From: a virus
Lineage: Duplodnaviria > Heunggongvirae > Uroviricota > Caudoviricetes
Reading direction: 5' to 3' (one strand)
Virus record (IMG/VR): IMGVR_UViG_3300026078_000021
Location: 51,539 to 115,538 of that record
Length of the DNA: 64,000 nt
Under the pieces are notes generated by a model. It made no database searches, was not told the DNA's origin, and worked only from the letters and a program-made list of their open reading frames with translations. This document shows, piece after piece, positions 18,122-27,713 of this stretch. Positions within the stretch are counted from its first letter, which is position 1, and each line of letters starts with the position of its first letter. The translations under genes were made by a program, and so were the position numbers.

Positions 18122-18604
18122 CTAACGACCGCCCGGCAAGTCGTACACAGTCACGTCCACGCCACCCTTGACCAAATTCGAGCGGATCAACGGCTCAACC
18201 CGGTCCCACGAACCCCCAGCCAACCCACACCCGATCCTCGGCATGTGCACCGACGCCCCCAGCTCGACCGCGACAAACGCCAGCAACCCCAGCGCCCGAT
18301 CAAGCGCCTCGTACCGCACCGCCGGAGCGCCCGGCCGACTATACCCATGCTGGCCGATCATGTTCGCCACCCGCACGTCGGGCTCGACACTCACAAGCCG
18401 CACCCCGCCCAACATGAAACCCGTATCTGCGCCAGCCCGGTACCACGACCGGTAGGCAGCCTCCGCTTCCGGCCAACGGTGCGAGAGTGCCGCCGCAAAC
18501 CCGCGACCCCAACCGCCGGCGTCGTTGCACACGTGCGCGATGATCTTGCTGCCGGAGCCGGCTGGTGCCGTGGCGTCACCGGCCATATAGGCGAGAGTGC
18601 TCAT
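18122..18604 (-). CDS. macro-domain (ADP-ribose binding/hydrolase) protein
   Basis: 'KIIAHVCNDAGGWGRGFAAAL' and 'VHMPRIGCGLAGGSWDRVEPLIR' are macro-domain motifs. Trimmed to Met 18604. Confidence 0.75.
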   Translation of the reverse strand: MSTLAYMAGDATAPAGSGSKIIAHVCNDAGGWGRGFAAALSHRWPEAEAAYRSWYRAGADTGFMLGGVRLVSVEPDVRVANMIGQHGYSRPGAPAVRYEALDRALGLLAFVAVELGASVHMPRIGCGLAGGSWDRVEPLIRSNLVKGGVDVTVYDLPGGR

Positions 18605-18698
18605 TCGGACAGTATGACAAGACGGCGCGGGGAGAAACGACGAACGGCCCCACGTGACGAGTGGGGCCGTTCGCCAGCAGGATCTCTTGGCAGAGACA

Positions 18699-18712
18699 CA
18701 CCGTAGCACTAA
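18699..18712 (-). promoter_or_regulatory. class 2 motif accgtagcactaat
   Basis: Lies between the RNB gene stop and the macro-domain gene start. Confidence 0.4.
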
Positions 18713-20521
18713 TCACTGTGTGTCGAGGTGCCCCATCAGCTCGGCCGCCGCCTGCGCCTTAGCCACCTTCTTTGAACCCCCGGACCCCCGGCCCTCCACC
18801 ACCACATCGCCCAACCGTGCCGTCAACACCGCGTCGAACACCAAACCAGCCGTACCAGCCCGAGCCATACCCGCAGTGACCTTCCACTCCACCTCACGCA
18901 GCCGCCCCGTCATCCGCGCATGGTTAAGCGCCTGCATCGGATTATCACAGGCCGCCGCGCCCGCACGGGGCGACTCCACCACCGACACAGTCGAATCAAC
19001 CAAATCACCCGACGGATCTGGGACACCAGCGAGCACCGCCAAAACACTCAGCGCCGCCTGCGCCTGCGCGGCCTTCTTAGTCGACGCCGATCGCGCCGCA
19101 CCCTGCACCAGCACGCCCGCCGCGTCACCGACACAGCCCGCTACGACGAACACCGGCGCATGCGACGGCCCAGCCGACTCATCCCGGTACACCGGCGGGT
19201 CCACACCGCGCGTCACCGCATGCATCGCCACCAGGCTCACCGCCCAGTCCACCCGCCGGCACACCTGAGCAAGACACGCCGCCTTCGCCGCCACCCACTC
19301 CGAGCCCGACGGCAAAAGCAGCAGGTGATACAGATCCCGCAACTCCAGCAGATCCGCGTCCGCACGTCGGCACACCTCCGCCAGAAACCCCGGTGACGCG
19401 ACGCCTTCCTTCGTGGCCCGCTTCACCAAAGCGAAGAACCGGCTAGCCGTCATCTTCGGATAGTCCGCGCCATGATCAAGAATCCCGCGCGCGATCTCGT
19501 GCGCCGCCACCCGCGCAGCCGCGCCGTCAGCTGCCTTCGCCTGCGCGATCACCACCGTCAACCGGTCACAGAACCCTGCCACCTGCTCCTGCGTGAACAA
19601 CGCCGGGCGCCCATCCAAATACGCCACCATGGCCTGCTGCGAAACCATGTCAGCAGCCCGACGCAAAGGGCTCGTCGCGTGACAGTACACCGCCGCACCC
19701 AGGCCATGATGCCCACGCGGAAACGCACCATACGTCGCCCGGCGCCCCGTCAACTCCGCGCGCCGCAACCACAACGCCAACTCATCCGGGTCCTCGCTCT
19801 CCAACGCCGCCGACAGATCCTCAAGATGCACAGCAGCAGGAGCCGCACCCGACGCGGCAACGTGATTACGGTAGATCACCGGCACATCGTTCTCCACCGC
19901 CCACGTCGCCACCGCCCGGTTCGCCGCGACCATGCACTCCTGCACGATCAGATGCCCGACGATGCGCGCCGGCTTCACCCGCACCAACGCACCGTCCTCA
20001 TCCACGAACACGCCACGCTGAAAATCGTAGAACGCGCTCGTCGCACCGAGCCGCGCACGAAACAGCGCCTCCGCAACCCCCCGCAACGCACACAACGACC
20101 CGTGATGCGGATCATCCGGGCGCCGCACAGCCTCCGCGACCTCATCGTGCGTGAGCGCCACCGCGTCCGCGAGCTTGCCCCGCGACACCAACGCCGGACC
20201 CGGCACAGCGCAGGCGTCCAACGGCATGCGCACCTCAATCACAGGACGCACCTCGCCCTGCGCCAACGTGCACGCGGCCTCAACGTCCGGCGGCAGCATC
20301 GTCTCCACCGCCGCGTGCCCCCGGTACCGTGACGCGCCCCGCGTGAACGCCAACTCGGTCAAACCCGGATCGGCAGTGATGGCGTCGGTCAGATCAGCGA
20401 CGTACACAGTCAGGGCGCGCGGACCATCGCTCGCGATTTCGAGGCGGATCGCGTCGTCACGGTCGCGCGTGCCCGCCCCGTCGATCATGTAGGCGACGGT
20501 GCCGCCCGTAGACATATCCAT
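18713..20521 (-). CDS. RNB-domain exoribonuclease (RNase II/R family) with C-terminal dsRBD-like repeats
   Basis: 602 aa; 'HHGLGAAVYCHATSPLRRAADMVSQQ' is the RNB active-site motif. Two C-terminal 'GSxKKxAxAxAAxxxL' dsRBM-like segments. Confidence 0.75.
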   Translation of the reverse strand: MDMSTGGTVAYMIDGAGTRDRDDAIRLEIASDGPRALTVYVADLTDAITADPGLTELAFTRGASRYRGHAAVETMLPPDVEAACTLAQGEVRPVIEVRMPLDACAVPGPALVSRGKLADAVALTHDEVAEAVRRPDDPHHGSLCALRGVAEALFRARLGATSAFYDFQRGVFVDEDGALVRVKPARIVGHLIVQECMVAANRAVATWAVENDVPVIYRNHVAASGAAPAAVHLEDLSAALESEDPDELALWLRRAELTGRRATYGAFPRGHHGLGAAVYCHATSPLRRAADMVSQQAMVAYLDGRPALFTQEQVAGFCDRLTVVIAQAKAADGAAARVAAHEIARGILDHGADYPKMTASRFFALVKRATKEGVASPGFLAEVCRRADADLLELRDLYHLLLLPSGSEWVAAKAACLAQVCRRVDWAVSLVAMHAVTRGVDPPVYRDESAGPSHAPVFVVAGCVGDAAGVLVQGAARSASTKKAAQAQAALSVLAVLAGVPDPSGDLVDSTVSVVESPRAGAAACDNPMQALNHARMTGRLREVEWKVTAGMARAGTAGLVFDAVLTARLGDVVVEGRGSGGSKKVAKAQAAAELMGHLDTQ

Positions 20522-20548
20522 GCGACCAGTATGACGAAGCGGGGCGTC

Positions 20549-21007
20549 TTAGCGAACCACAATCAGAGCGTCCACGCCACCCGCCACCAGCCCACACACC
20601 AAACCCACAAACAACATCGCCGGCCACGGCGGACCATACGCAGGCTGCAAATCACGCCGACCACGCAACCGGCTGTAGATCACCGCCCACTGCACGGTAG
20701 CGCCCATCACCACCCCCGCCATCACGCACGTCTGCACCGGCGACGCGAACACCCGGCCCACGACACCATCCAGCAGCGCCAACAACACACAGCCACGCGC
20801 CACCGTGCTCAACAACCGCGCGGCACGCTCATCCGGCTCGGGATCATACCGATTAGACACGCTGGTGATGCTACAACCAGCGCTGCGCTGCCCCCGGCCG
20901 ATCGTAATTTCATAGACGAATACAGTGAGCCCCCAACCACCACCGGAAAACGACACGACGAGCCCCGAAAAAGACACCCAGGGGAACCCCGCAAACCGGA
21001 CAATCAT
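20549..21007 (-). CDS. hypothetical integral membrane protein
   Basis: 152 aa with 3-4 hydrophobic helices; first gene downstream of the regulatory region. Confidence 0.4.
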   Translation of the reverse strand: MIVRFAGFPWVSFSGLVVSFSGGGWGLTVFVYEITIGRGQRSAGCSITSVSNRYDPEPDERAARLLSTVARGCVLLALLDGVVGRVFASPVQTCVMAGVVMGATVQWAVIYSRLRGRRDLQPAYGPPWPAMLFVGLVCGLVAGGVDALIVVR

Positions 21008-21079
21008 ATCGTAGCTGGAAAAGAGGGGTGAGGCGCAAGGAAGAGGGGGGCTGTGCGGTGCGCGGCACGACCATGATCA

Positions 21080-21130
21080 TTTACCCCCTGACTTGTCAGC
21101 GCGTTGACATGCAACAGCTGACACTGGCCT
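21080..21130 (-). promoter_or_regulatory. promoter-like TTGACA elements in the lower-GC leader region
   Basis: ttgacttgtcagcgcgTTGACAtgcaacagctgacact; strand assignment tentative. Confidence 0.3.
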
Positions 21131-21359
21131 GCTTCCTACACGGGTTGGACTAAGTCGTGAAGCCTCGTGACCTGCGAAGATCGTTCTAGCTGGCAGGGTG
21201 GACATACAAGATCACCATTCCCTAAGTGCGCAGGTGGCAGGGCACGGCAGCGTGTCAACTACATGTCTTGGTAGGCACACCATAATCACAGTTATGTGAG
21301 CGTGATATTCGGTATCCTCGCAGGTCAGAATTGTGTGATGAATTCAGCGTCATTCTCAC

Positions 21360-21780
21360 GCAATACTGAGGTATTCCAGTACAGCAAATTGGAATACCCC
21401 AGTATGGACAGCACACAAAACGGCACTGGAGTACCCCAGACTGACGTACTCCAGTCACAACACAGCACACTGAACTGAGGTACTCCAGTCCGCCGGCCCG
21501 CCCTAGGCAACACGGCGCAGCACCGAGCGCGGTCGCTGCCTACCTCATTTGCTGAGTCTTTCTCACTATCCCGGGTTGGTATTGTTTTCACCGCATCTTT
21601 TTGCCGTGTTATGTATGGGTATGCGGGAGGGTGACCCTCCTTTACTGGGGTACTCCAGTTAGGCGGGGGTGTCCGCTGCGTTATCAACATCTGGACACTC
21701 TGGTCTTGATTTGCTAGGCGGGGGTGTCTCTCGTCCGGTTTCGGCCGGCGGTCCCTACTGGGGTACTCCAGTCTCACCGT
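21360..21780. repeat. array of 7 copies of a 16-bp palindrome ACTGG(G/A)GTAC(T/C)CCAGT (operator/iteron-like)
   Basis: Copies near 21366, 21391, 21427, 21445, 21476, 21644 and 21758 (the last two identical). Adjacent copies form larger inverted repeats. Local GC is clearly lower than the flanks. Confidence 0.7.
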
Positions 21781-21884
21781 GTGCCCGTGCGGGCCCGCGT
21801 AGGGCCCGTGCGCGTGCCTGGGGATGCGAGCGGGCCCACCTACCCGTGTGGGTCGGTGGGCCCGTGTGGCGCGCCGTGTGTGGC

Positions 21885-22292
21885 TTAGTCGGTGGCGCGT
21901 ACGCGTCGCACTCTGTGCTGTGCGTAGGGGTGCGCGATGTTGTACTGGGCGCGGTCCCGTAGCGCGTCCGCGTGTCCCTCGTTAGTGTCCGGGTAGGCTG
22001 AGACTTCCTCCCATTCGAGGTCCGGGCCGTACTTTCCTTGAATGACCCATTCGTGGGTCGGTTTGTCGAGGTCGCCCGGTTCGGCCGGTCGCACGTGTCG
22101 TATCTGTCCGCGTGCGTTGAGGGTGAGCACAACGGGGCCCTGTCGGTTTTCGCTGTTTTCGATCATGTAGTTAACTTGTGCGCCTGGGATGGTTTCGAAC
22201 GTGCTGCCGTCGGTGCAGTGCACAGTGTGACGGAACGTTCCGGATTGGTGCCGTTCAACGTCTTTGATCGTTTTGACGGTTTCGCTCGCCAT
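21885..22292 (-). CDS. hypothetical protein
   Basis: 135 aa; conserved GGAAACGATCATG start context. Confidence 0.5.
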   Translation of the reverse strand: MASETVKTIKDVERHQSGTFRHTVHCTDGSTFETIPGAQVNYMIENSENRQGPVVLTLNARGQIRHVRPAEPGDLDKPTHEWVIQGKYGPDLEWEEVSAYPDTNEGHADALRDRAQYNIAHPYAQHRVRRVRATD

Positions 22293-22302
22293 GATCGTTT
22301 CC

Positions 22303-22506
22303 TTACTGTTCGGTTACGGTGAGGATCTTGTTACCTTCGGCCGTCGGGAAGTTGATACCGAAGCTTTCCCATGCTTCAGCGGCCCCGTGCGCGTGTACGG
22401 ATGCGCGTTGCTTGTTCCCGTCGGGCCGTTCGATCACTGCGACGTATTGGCGGTATCCTCCGCCGTTCGCGTCCGGACCTGGGTCGGTGGTAAACACGGA
22501 TTGCAT
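22303..22506 (-). CDS. hypothetical small protein
   Basis: 67 aa. Confidence 0.4.
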   Translation of the reverse strand: MQSVFTTDPGPDANGGGYRQYVAVIERPDGNKQRASVHAHGAAEAWESFGINFPTAEGNKILTVTEQ

Positions 22507-22521
22507 GGCTGGTCTCGCTTT

Positions 22522-22746
22522 CTAACCGGTTACGAACACTTGCCGTAGGTCGTGCCCGTTGTCGCTGGGGTATGTGCGTTCGAAGTGTGCGGCAGCGTCG
22601 CTCATGCTCTGTGCGAGTGTGCTCGGTTCGATGGTTTCGGTTCCGTTGTCTGTCTTGCGGTAGACGATGGCGCGGTAGTTCCGGAACGGTGGCGTTTCGT
22701 CGCGTTGTGCTGCCCGTGCGCGTAGCCGCTCGGCAGTGTCGCTCAT
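22522..22746 (-). CDS. hypothetical small protein
   Basis: 74 aa; GGAAACGATCATG start context. Confidence 0.4.
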   Translation of the reverse strand: MSDTAERLRARAAQRDETPPFRNYRAIVYRKTDNGTETIEPSTLAQSMSDAAAHFERTYPSDNGHDLRQVFVTG

Positions 22747-22759
22747 GATCGTTTCCGTT

Positions 22760-23170
22760 CTAGTTGATCTTGCCGGTTTCGGCGTAGTCGGCGTATGCGT
22801 CTGCGAGCGTGCGCCGTAGGTTGGGCCCCGTGTCGGTGGCCTCGGCGCGCTGGACCATGGCGCGGTATGCGTCTGCGAACGCGTACGGGTCGGGAGCGTC
22901 TGCCCGTAGTGGCTCGTCTAGCGCATCGCGTCTGCCCGTGGCGTATCCGAGTGCGATCATGCGTTCGCGGTAGTGCGGCTCAGTCTCGCTAGGGTCGGGC
23001 CGTTCGGTGCCGTCGGTTAGTGACTCTTGGTAGTTGCGTGCGATGAACCGCTCGATTGCGTCCGCCATGGCAACGCCAGCCTCGTATTCAGCATCGTTGC
23101 TTTCGAGTTCTAGCGCGTTGCACCAGTCTTTGAGCGCTTCCCGTAGTTCGGTGGCATCCGGTTTGGGCAT
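22760..23170 (-). CDS. hypothetical acidic protein
   Basis: Trimmed to Met 23170 with AGGAAACGATCATG context (MPKPDATELREALKDWCNALELE...). Confidence 0.45.
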   Translation of the reverse strand: MPKPDATELREALKDWCNALELESNDAEYEAGVAMADAIERFIARNYQESLTDGTERPDPSETEPHYRERMIALGYATGRRDALDEPLRADAPDPYAFADAYRAMVQRAEATDTGPNLRRTLADAYADYAETGKIN

Positions 23171-23214
23171 GATCGTTTCCTGTCTGTCGCTCCGTACGAT
23201 GACTGTATTACTGG

Positions 23215-23748
23215 TCAGTGTGTGCGGTAGCCGTACACGGTGCCGTCGCGGGTCACGGTGAACCGTGTGGCGTTGCTGTGCGCGGTTTGGGGGAGCGCGT
23301 GCGGGCCCGTCGGTGCGGTCGGCGTAGCCATTTGCCACCATGGCGCATCGTCACCCGTGTCGGTGCTTTGTGTGGCGTCCGGGGAGATCCACGCGTCCGG
23401 GTTACGGTGTGCCCACCATGGCGCGGCTTGCGGGCCCGTGTGCGCGTTCCGCGCGGTGCGGCTTGCGCGGTAGTGCGGGAGCGCGCGACGGTAGGCGTAG
23501 CGCGCTGCCAGGAAAGCCAGGTTTCCATAGCAGGTGAGTACGGCTAGCGCAGCGTGCAACATGACGCGCGCTGCCGTTGGGTGGGTTTCGCGGAAGGTGG
23601 GCCGTACGGTGACCAGTCCGGTAGTGGCTGCGTAGATGACGGTGTGACCAGCGGCGCGCGCGAGTTCGGCAGCCTCGTTACGTTCGGCGGTAGTGGTGAA
23701 CGTCAGGACGGTTTTACGGCCCGGTAGTTCATGCTTGCTCGTGATCAC
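23215..23748 (-). CDS. hypothetical protein
   Basis: 177 aa. Confidence 0.4.
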   Translation of the reverse strand: MITSKHELPGRKTVLTFTTTAERNEAAELARAAGHTVIYAATTGLVTVRPTFRETHPTAARVMLHAALAVLTCYGNLAFLAARYAYRRALPHYRASRTARNAHTGPQAAPWWAHRNPDAWISPDATQSTDTGDDAPWWQMATPTAPTGPHALPQTAHSNATRFTVTRDGTVYGYRTH

Positions 23749-23984
23749 TTCTGGGCTCCGTTCTGCTTGCGTGCGAAGTGAATTTCGATCATGACGAATG
23801 GCGTAGCGCTCAGGAGTATGACGATCACAACGGCTAGCGGGATCATCGCGCCGTCGGGTGCATCGCGGATGGCCGTTTCGGGTATGGCGATGATCATGCG
23901 AACGAGTGTGTCAATCGCCGTGAACACGGCGCGCGCGGCGGTTTCCACGATGCTCGCGAGTGTGGCGAGTATGGCGATGATCAT
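23745..23984 (-). CDS. small membrane protein (two TM helices)
   Basis: 79 aa, strongly hydrophobic (IIAILATLASIV...AVVIVILLSATPFVMI). Confidence 0.45.
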   Translation of the reverse strand: MIIAILATLASIVETAARAVFTAIDTLVRMIIAIPETAIRDAPDGAMIPLAVVIVILLSATPFVMIEIHFARKQNGAQK

Positions 23985-24063
23985 GGTTTGCTCCGGTCGG
24001 TTGGTTCGGTGGGAGTGTCCGCGCGCGCTACTTCGATGCTGTCCGCGCGGACTGGTGTGTGGG

Positions 24064-24528
24064 TTAGTACTGTCCGGACAGCTTGCTTAGAGCGGCAGCG
24101 CTTGCGCGTTGCAGCTTTGCGGGAACGCGCACACCAGCGGGGGTTAGTGAACCTTGGTACTGTCCGGTCAGTTGCATGGTCGCTTCGGTGGCAGCGTCGT
24201 CGATTGTCTTGTAACCGCCCGGGTATCGGGAGCCTGCGAACACCCACCGGTGGTCTCCGCCGACTTGGAAGAAACGCACGGTGGTCCCGTGTATGTCGCG
24301 TGTCTCGGCGGAATTGCGGGATGCGCGCGGAGGCATGCCGTTTGTGACGTGCCCGTTCGCGCACTTGACTTTGTGGTGCGCTCCGGACGGGACAAGTTCG
24401 GCGGTTTCTTCGGTTTCTTCGGAGCCGCACTGCGTGCACGCGAACGTCACGTTCGCGTATTGGTCGGCGTATGCAGCGTTGCGCGCGGCAAGTTCAGTGT
24501 TGTCGGTGCGGTCGAAGTAGAAGCGCAT
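24064..24528 (-). CDS. hypothetical protein with a zinc ribbon
   Basis: Trimmed to Met 24528 (MRFYFDRTDN...). CTQCG...KCANGH cysteine pairs. Confidence 0.45.
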   Translation of the reverse strand: MRFYFDRTDNTELAARNAAYADQYANVTFACTQCGSEETEETAELVPSGAHHKVKCANGHVTNGMPPRASRNSAETRDIHGTTVRFFQVGGDHRWVFAGSRYPGGYKTIDDAATEATMQLTGQYQGSLTPAGVRVPAKLQRASAAALSKLSGQY

Positions 24529-24587
24529 CGGAGTTCCGTTCTGTTGGGTTGGGCTGGCAGACAGAATCGTCTCGCGCGCACTCCACC

Positions 24588-24598
24588 GTGTCAAGCCT
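24588..24598 (-). promoter_or_regulatory. conserved promoter motif AGGCTTGACAC (class 1)
   Basis: Part of a 22-nt block conserved at 24578, 27326 and 29119; TTGACA -35-like on the minus strand upstream of the gene start at 24528. Confidence 0.5.
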
Positions 24599-24655
24599 AT
24601 GGAGCATGGCAAGTAGCGGGCCCATCCCCAAAACGGGCCCGCTACCGCCGGCGGA

Positions 24656-27277
24656 TCAACTCACATACGCGCGCGCGGCGCGCTCTACCTCGCTCTGCGC
24701 TGTCGAGTCGAACTCATCCGCGAACGCGCTCCACAGTTCGCCGTCGTCCGTTTCGTCATCCCGTGTCAGTCCCAAGTCACTCATGAGCGCATCCGTGTTG
24801 TAGTCGCCCGACCATTCACCCGTCGGTGCGTAGGGCATGGTGTCCATGATCACGGGGTCGCCGTTGTCGATACCGTCGATTACCTTCTGTGCGTGCTCGG
24901 CGCTGCCGAACTCATACCAGGTAGCGGCACTCTCACCCTTCTGTGCGCCGATCGTCCGGGCGATCATGAGCGCGCACTGCCACCGAACGGCACCTAGCGG
25001 CTTGCCAAGGTCGTTCGCCTTACCGCGCATCCGGTCACGGAACCGCTCTACTCCCGTTTGCGCTTCCGAGTAGCGGTTCCCGCACTGCGCCATGACTGCG
25101 TCAAGGTCGCGCGCCATGATCGCCCGATATAGCGCTTCGGTACCTGCGAACGTGCCCAGCTCGTCCGCGTACGCGTGGACGGGCCGTTCGGTGGCGCATT
25201 GCGCGTACGGCTTATCGTGTTCGGCGCACTCGCCAGTCTGGCGCGCGGCGTACTCGGCGTGCTCGGCAGCGTCCGCGATGAATCCCGCGATATGGAGAGC
25301 GGCGCGCGCAGCGTCGAAGTGCGCGGCAGCGCGGTAGTCGGTCCCTGCCGCTAGTACCTCGCGCGCCGAGTTGATCACGTAGTAACCCCAGCGTGTCTCA
25401 TCCGCTGATCCCGGGTGACGCGTGTTGCCGTTGGAGGTGTCGACGGTTTCGAGTGGCCACACGGCTAGGTCTACATGGAAGTTCACCCGGAAGATTGCGC
25501 GCGTGTCGGGAACGGCGACCGCGCGTGTGTGGGTGTCGACCTTACCCGCATAGGTCACATAGTACCGGGCGCAGCGCTTGCACACGGTGTCGAGTGACCA
25601 GGTTCCGTCCGGGTGTTCGATCATGATTAGCTCGGTTCCGAGTTGCTTGCCGTGCCCAACGGTGGCGCAGTGCTCCCCAGCATTCGCAGCGAACCATTCG
25701 GCCGTGTGCTCTGCGCGCGCGTCCGAGTCCTCAGCGTCAGCGTCCGCAGACCATGCGCGAACGGTGGCGTCCGTCGCAGGTTGCCCACCGCTTCCCGCGA
25801 GTAGTTCCCGTTCGAACGGGAGCAACGGCGCGCCGTTGTCCGGTTCGGTGGGTCCGTCCGGTTCGGCCGAAGTGCCGTCGGTACCGTCGGGGGTGTCGGT
25901 AGGCATGTGCTCGGTGCCCGTGCATCCACTACCGTCGCAGACACCCCCCGGGCAGTGCCATGCGGTTTCGAACACGATTCCGGAGCCGCTACCCGGGCAG
26001 TCCGGGCCACCGTTCGCGCCGCATTCGACGCAGTAGTTCTCCGTACGCGTGTCGGAAACCATGATCGTGATTCCACAGCATACGCAAGCCGCGTAACCCG
26101 ACGTGCTGACGGGCGCAGTCTCGGCGGGGGTGTCGGTGCTCTCCGACGTGCTGACGGGTGCAGCGTCCCCGGGCATGACGCGATTGAGCCGGTATCGATC
26201 GTGTCCTGCCATGCTGTACGGGACCGTGTCCCATCCGGAGCACGCGAGCGCGTCACGGATGGACTTGACGCGTTGCGGACTGAGTTCTTTGTGGCAGTGG
26301 AGGATCATCGTTGCGCCGTTTTCAATCAGCGTGACCCACACGTAACCGATGCTGCCGCGCGCGCCGATATCGTCGCTACTGGCGATGATCGCTAATACGG
26401 CCGGAATGCCACCCATACTCACGGTGCGCGTGCTAACGCCATTGACTAGGGTCGCATGCGGGAACGGGAAACCGGAGTTGATCAGTGCTGCGCGAACGGC
26501 AGCGTACCGGTTCGCTGCGTATTCGCTGTGCACGGTTGGATTCTTCCGGTAGGTTCCCGTTTCCCGGAAGTCATGCCATGCGGGCCCGTCGGTGCTCGCG
26601 ACGGTTGCCGTTTCATCGTCTGACACGGGGGTGAATGACTCGCGGAAGACACGGTGTGGGATGTGCGAGGTTTCCCCGTGTGTCTCACTGGTCAGGGCCA
26701 CGGCAGCGTCCGAGTGTCCCGTGACGTAGTAAAGGTCACGTGTGTTGGCGTTCCGGTACACGGTGGGGTGTCCGTTGCCGCAGCATCCGGCCCATGGGTT
26801 CCACGGGTGATGGAAGTACTCGCCAGTCCACGGGTCACGGATGCAACAGTCCGTCCGATCGTCCATGATTTCGGCGACCGTGTCCCAGTAGTTTTCGTCT
26901 ACCGAGTAGCACACCGTGTAAACGGTTCCGGGTGTCTCTTCACCTTCGAACGCGCGGCTCTGCGCGTAGTCATTGAGTGCGGCGCGAATCTTCCCGGCAA
27001 CGTTGCTCGCTTCCGGAAGGCGACCGCCGTACACGGCCACCCGGACGCGCGAACCATCCTGGGTCACGGTGCGCGTGTCGAGGTGGACGCGCGTTGTGTC
27101 TTCCGTGACGATCACAACGGTTTCGTGTTCGGCCACGGGAAAGTTTTCAGCGATCCAGTCCCCTTCGGTCGCGCGCTCCCATGCGCCGAGAAACTTGCGC
27201 GTTCCGGCAGCGTTGAGGGCCGGCAGTCCGCGCGCGTTGAGTGCCTGGCGGATGCCGTTGACGGTTGCGTTTCGCAT
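24656..27277 (-). CDS. large hypothetical protein (~870 aa) with several CxxC clusters
   Basis: Single long ORF trimmed to Met 27277 (MRNATVNGIRQALNARGLP...). No recognisable catalytic motif. Confidence 0.5.
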   Translation of the reverse strand: MRNATVNGIRQALNARGLPALNAAGTRKFLGAWERATEGDWIAENFPVAEHETVVIVTEDTTRVHLDTRTVTQDGSRVRVAVYGGRLPEASNVAGKIRAALNDYAQSRAFEGEETPGTVYTVCYSVDENYWDTVAEIMDDRTDCCIRDPWTGEYFHHPWNPWAGCCGNGHPTVYRNANTRDLYYVTGHSDAAVALTSETHGETSHIPHRVFRESFTPVSDDETATVASTDGPAWHDFRETGTYRKNPTVHSEYAANRYAAVRAALINSGFPFPHATLVNGVSTRTVSMGGIPAVLAIIASSDDIGARGSIGYVWVTLIENGATMILHCHKELSPQRVKSIRDALACSGWDTVPYSMAGHDRYRLNRVMPGDAAPVSTSESTDTPAETAPVSTSGYAACVCCGITIMVSDTRTENYCVECGANGGPDCPGSGSGIVFETAWHCPGGVCDGSGCTGTEHMPTDTPDGTDGTSAEPDGPTEPDNGAPLLPFERELLAGSGGQPATDATVRAWSADADAEDSDARAEHTAEWFAANAGEHCATVGHGKQLGTELIMIEHPDGTWSLDTVCKRCARYYVTYAGKVDTHTRAVAVPDTRAIFRVNFHVDLAVWPLETVDTSNGNTRHPGSADETRWGYYVINSAREVLAAGTDYRAAAHFDAARAALHIAGFIADAAEHAEYAARQTGECAEHDKPYAQCATERPVHAYADELGTFAGTEALYRAIMARDLDAVMAQCGNRYSEAQTGVERFRDRMRGKANDLGKPLGAVRWQCALMIARTIGAQKGESAATWYEFGSAEHAQKVIDGIDNGDPVIMDTMPYAPTGEWSGDYNTDALMSDLGLTRDDETDDGELWSAFADEFDSTAQSEVERAARAYVS

Positions 27278-27335
27278 GGTGTGGTCTCCGTTCGGTGGGT
27301 TGTGTACTGAGAGCAGCATTGCACAGCACTCCACC

Positions 27336-27346
27336 GTGTCAAGCCT
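27336..27346 (-). promoter_or_regulatory. conserved promoter motif AGGCTTGACAC (class 1)
   Basis: Same 22-nt block as at 24578; upstream of the large-gene start. Confidence 0.5.
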
Positions 27347-27378
27347 ATAGAGTGTGTGATGTTACCGAACCGTGATGT

Positions 27379-27624
27379 CTAGTCGCACGTGTTGCTGAAG
27401 AAACTCGGGTCACCTGGCGCGCCGTACAGCTCAAACCCGACGTTGTGGCACGGTCGACCGATCACGAAACCAGCGTTCAAACCCTGGTACGTGTGGACCG
27501 GCGGGAACACCCGCGCCACACTCGCAGCGCTCCCGCTTGTGACCGTACGCACCACCGAACTTGCCACCATGGCGAGCACTGCGAGCACTGCCACCGCGAA
27601 CACTGCGCTAACAACCTTGCCCAT
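27379..27624 (-). CDS. small secreted or membrane-anchored protein
   Basis: N-terminal signal/TM segment (VVSAVFAVAVLAVLAMVASS). Confidence 0.45.
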   Translation of the reverse strand: MGKVVSAVFAVAVLAVLAMVASSVVRTVTSGSAASVARVFPPVHTYQGLNAGFVIGRPCHNVGFELYGAPGDPSFFSNTCD

Positions 27625-27713
27625 GACTACCTACCTTCGTTGTGTGACTGCCAGTCAGCCACCCATTCCCGACTACCGACCGGAGCCGGTAGCCAGGCAA
27701 GGGTGTCCGCGCG

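Noticed and set aside
21360-21780. CRISPR array
   Set aside because: The repeats are palindromic and irregularly spaced with no unique spacers of regular length, so they behave like operator or iteron sites.
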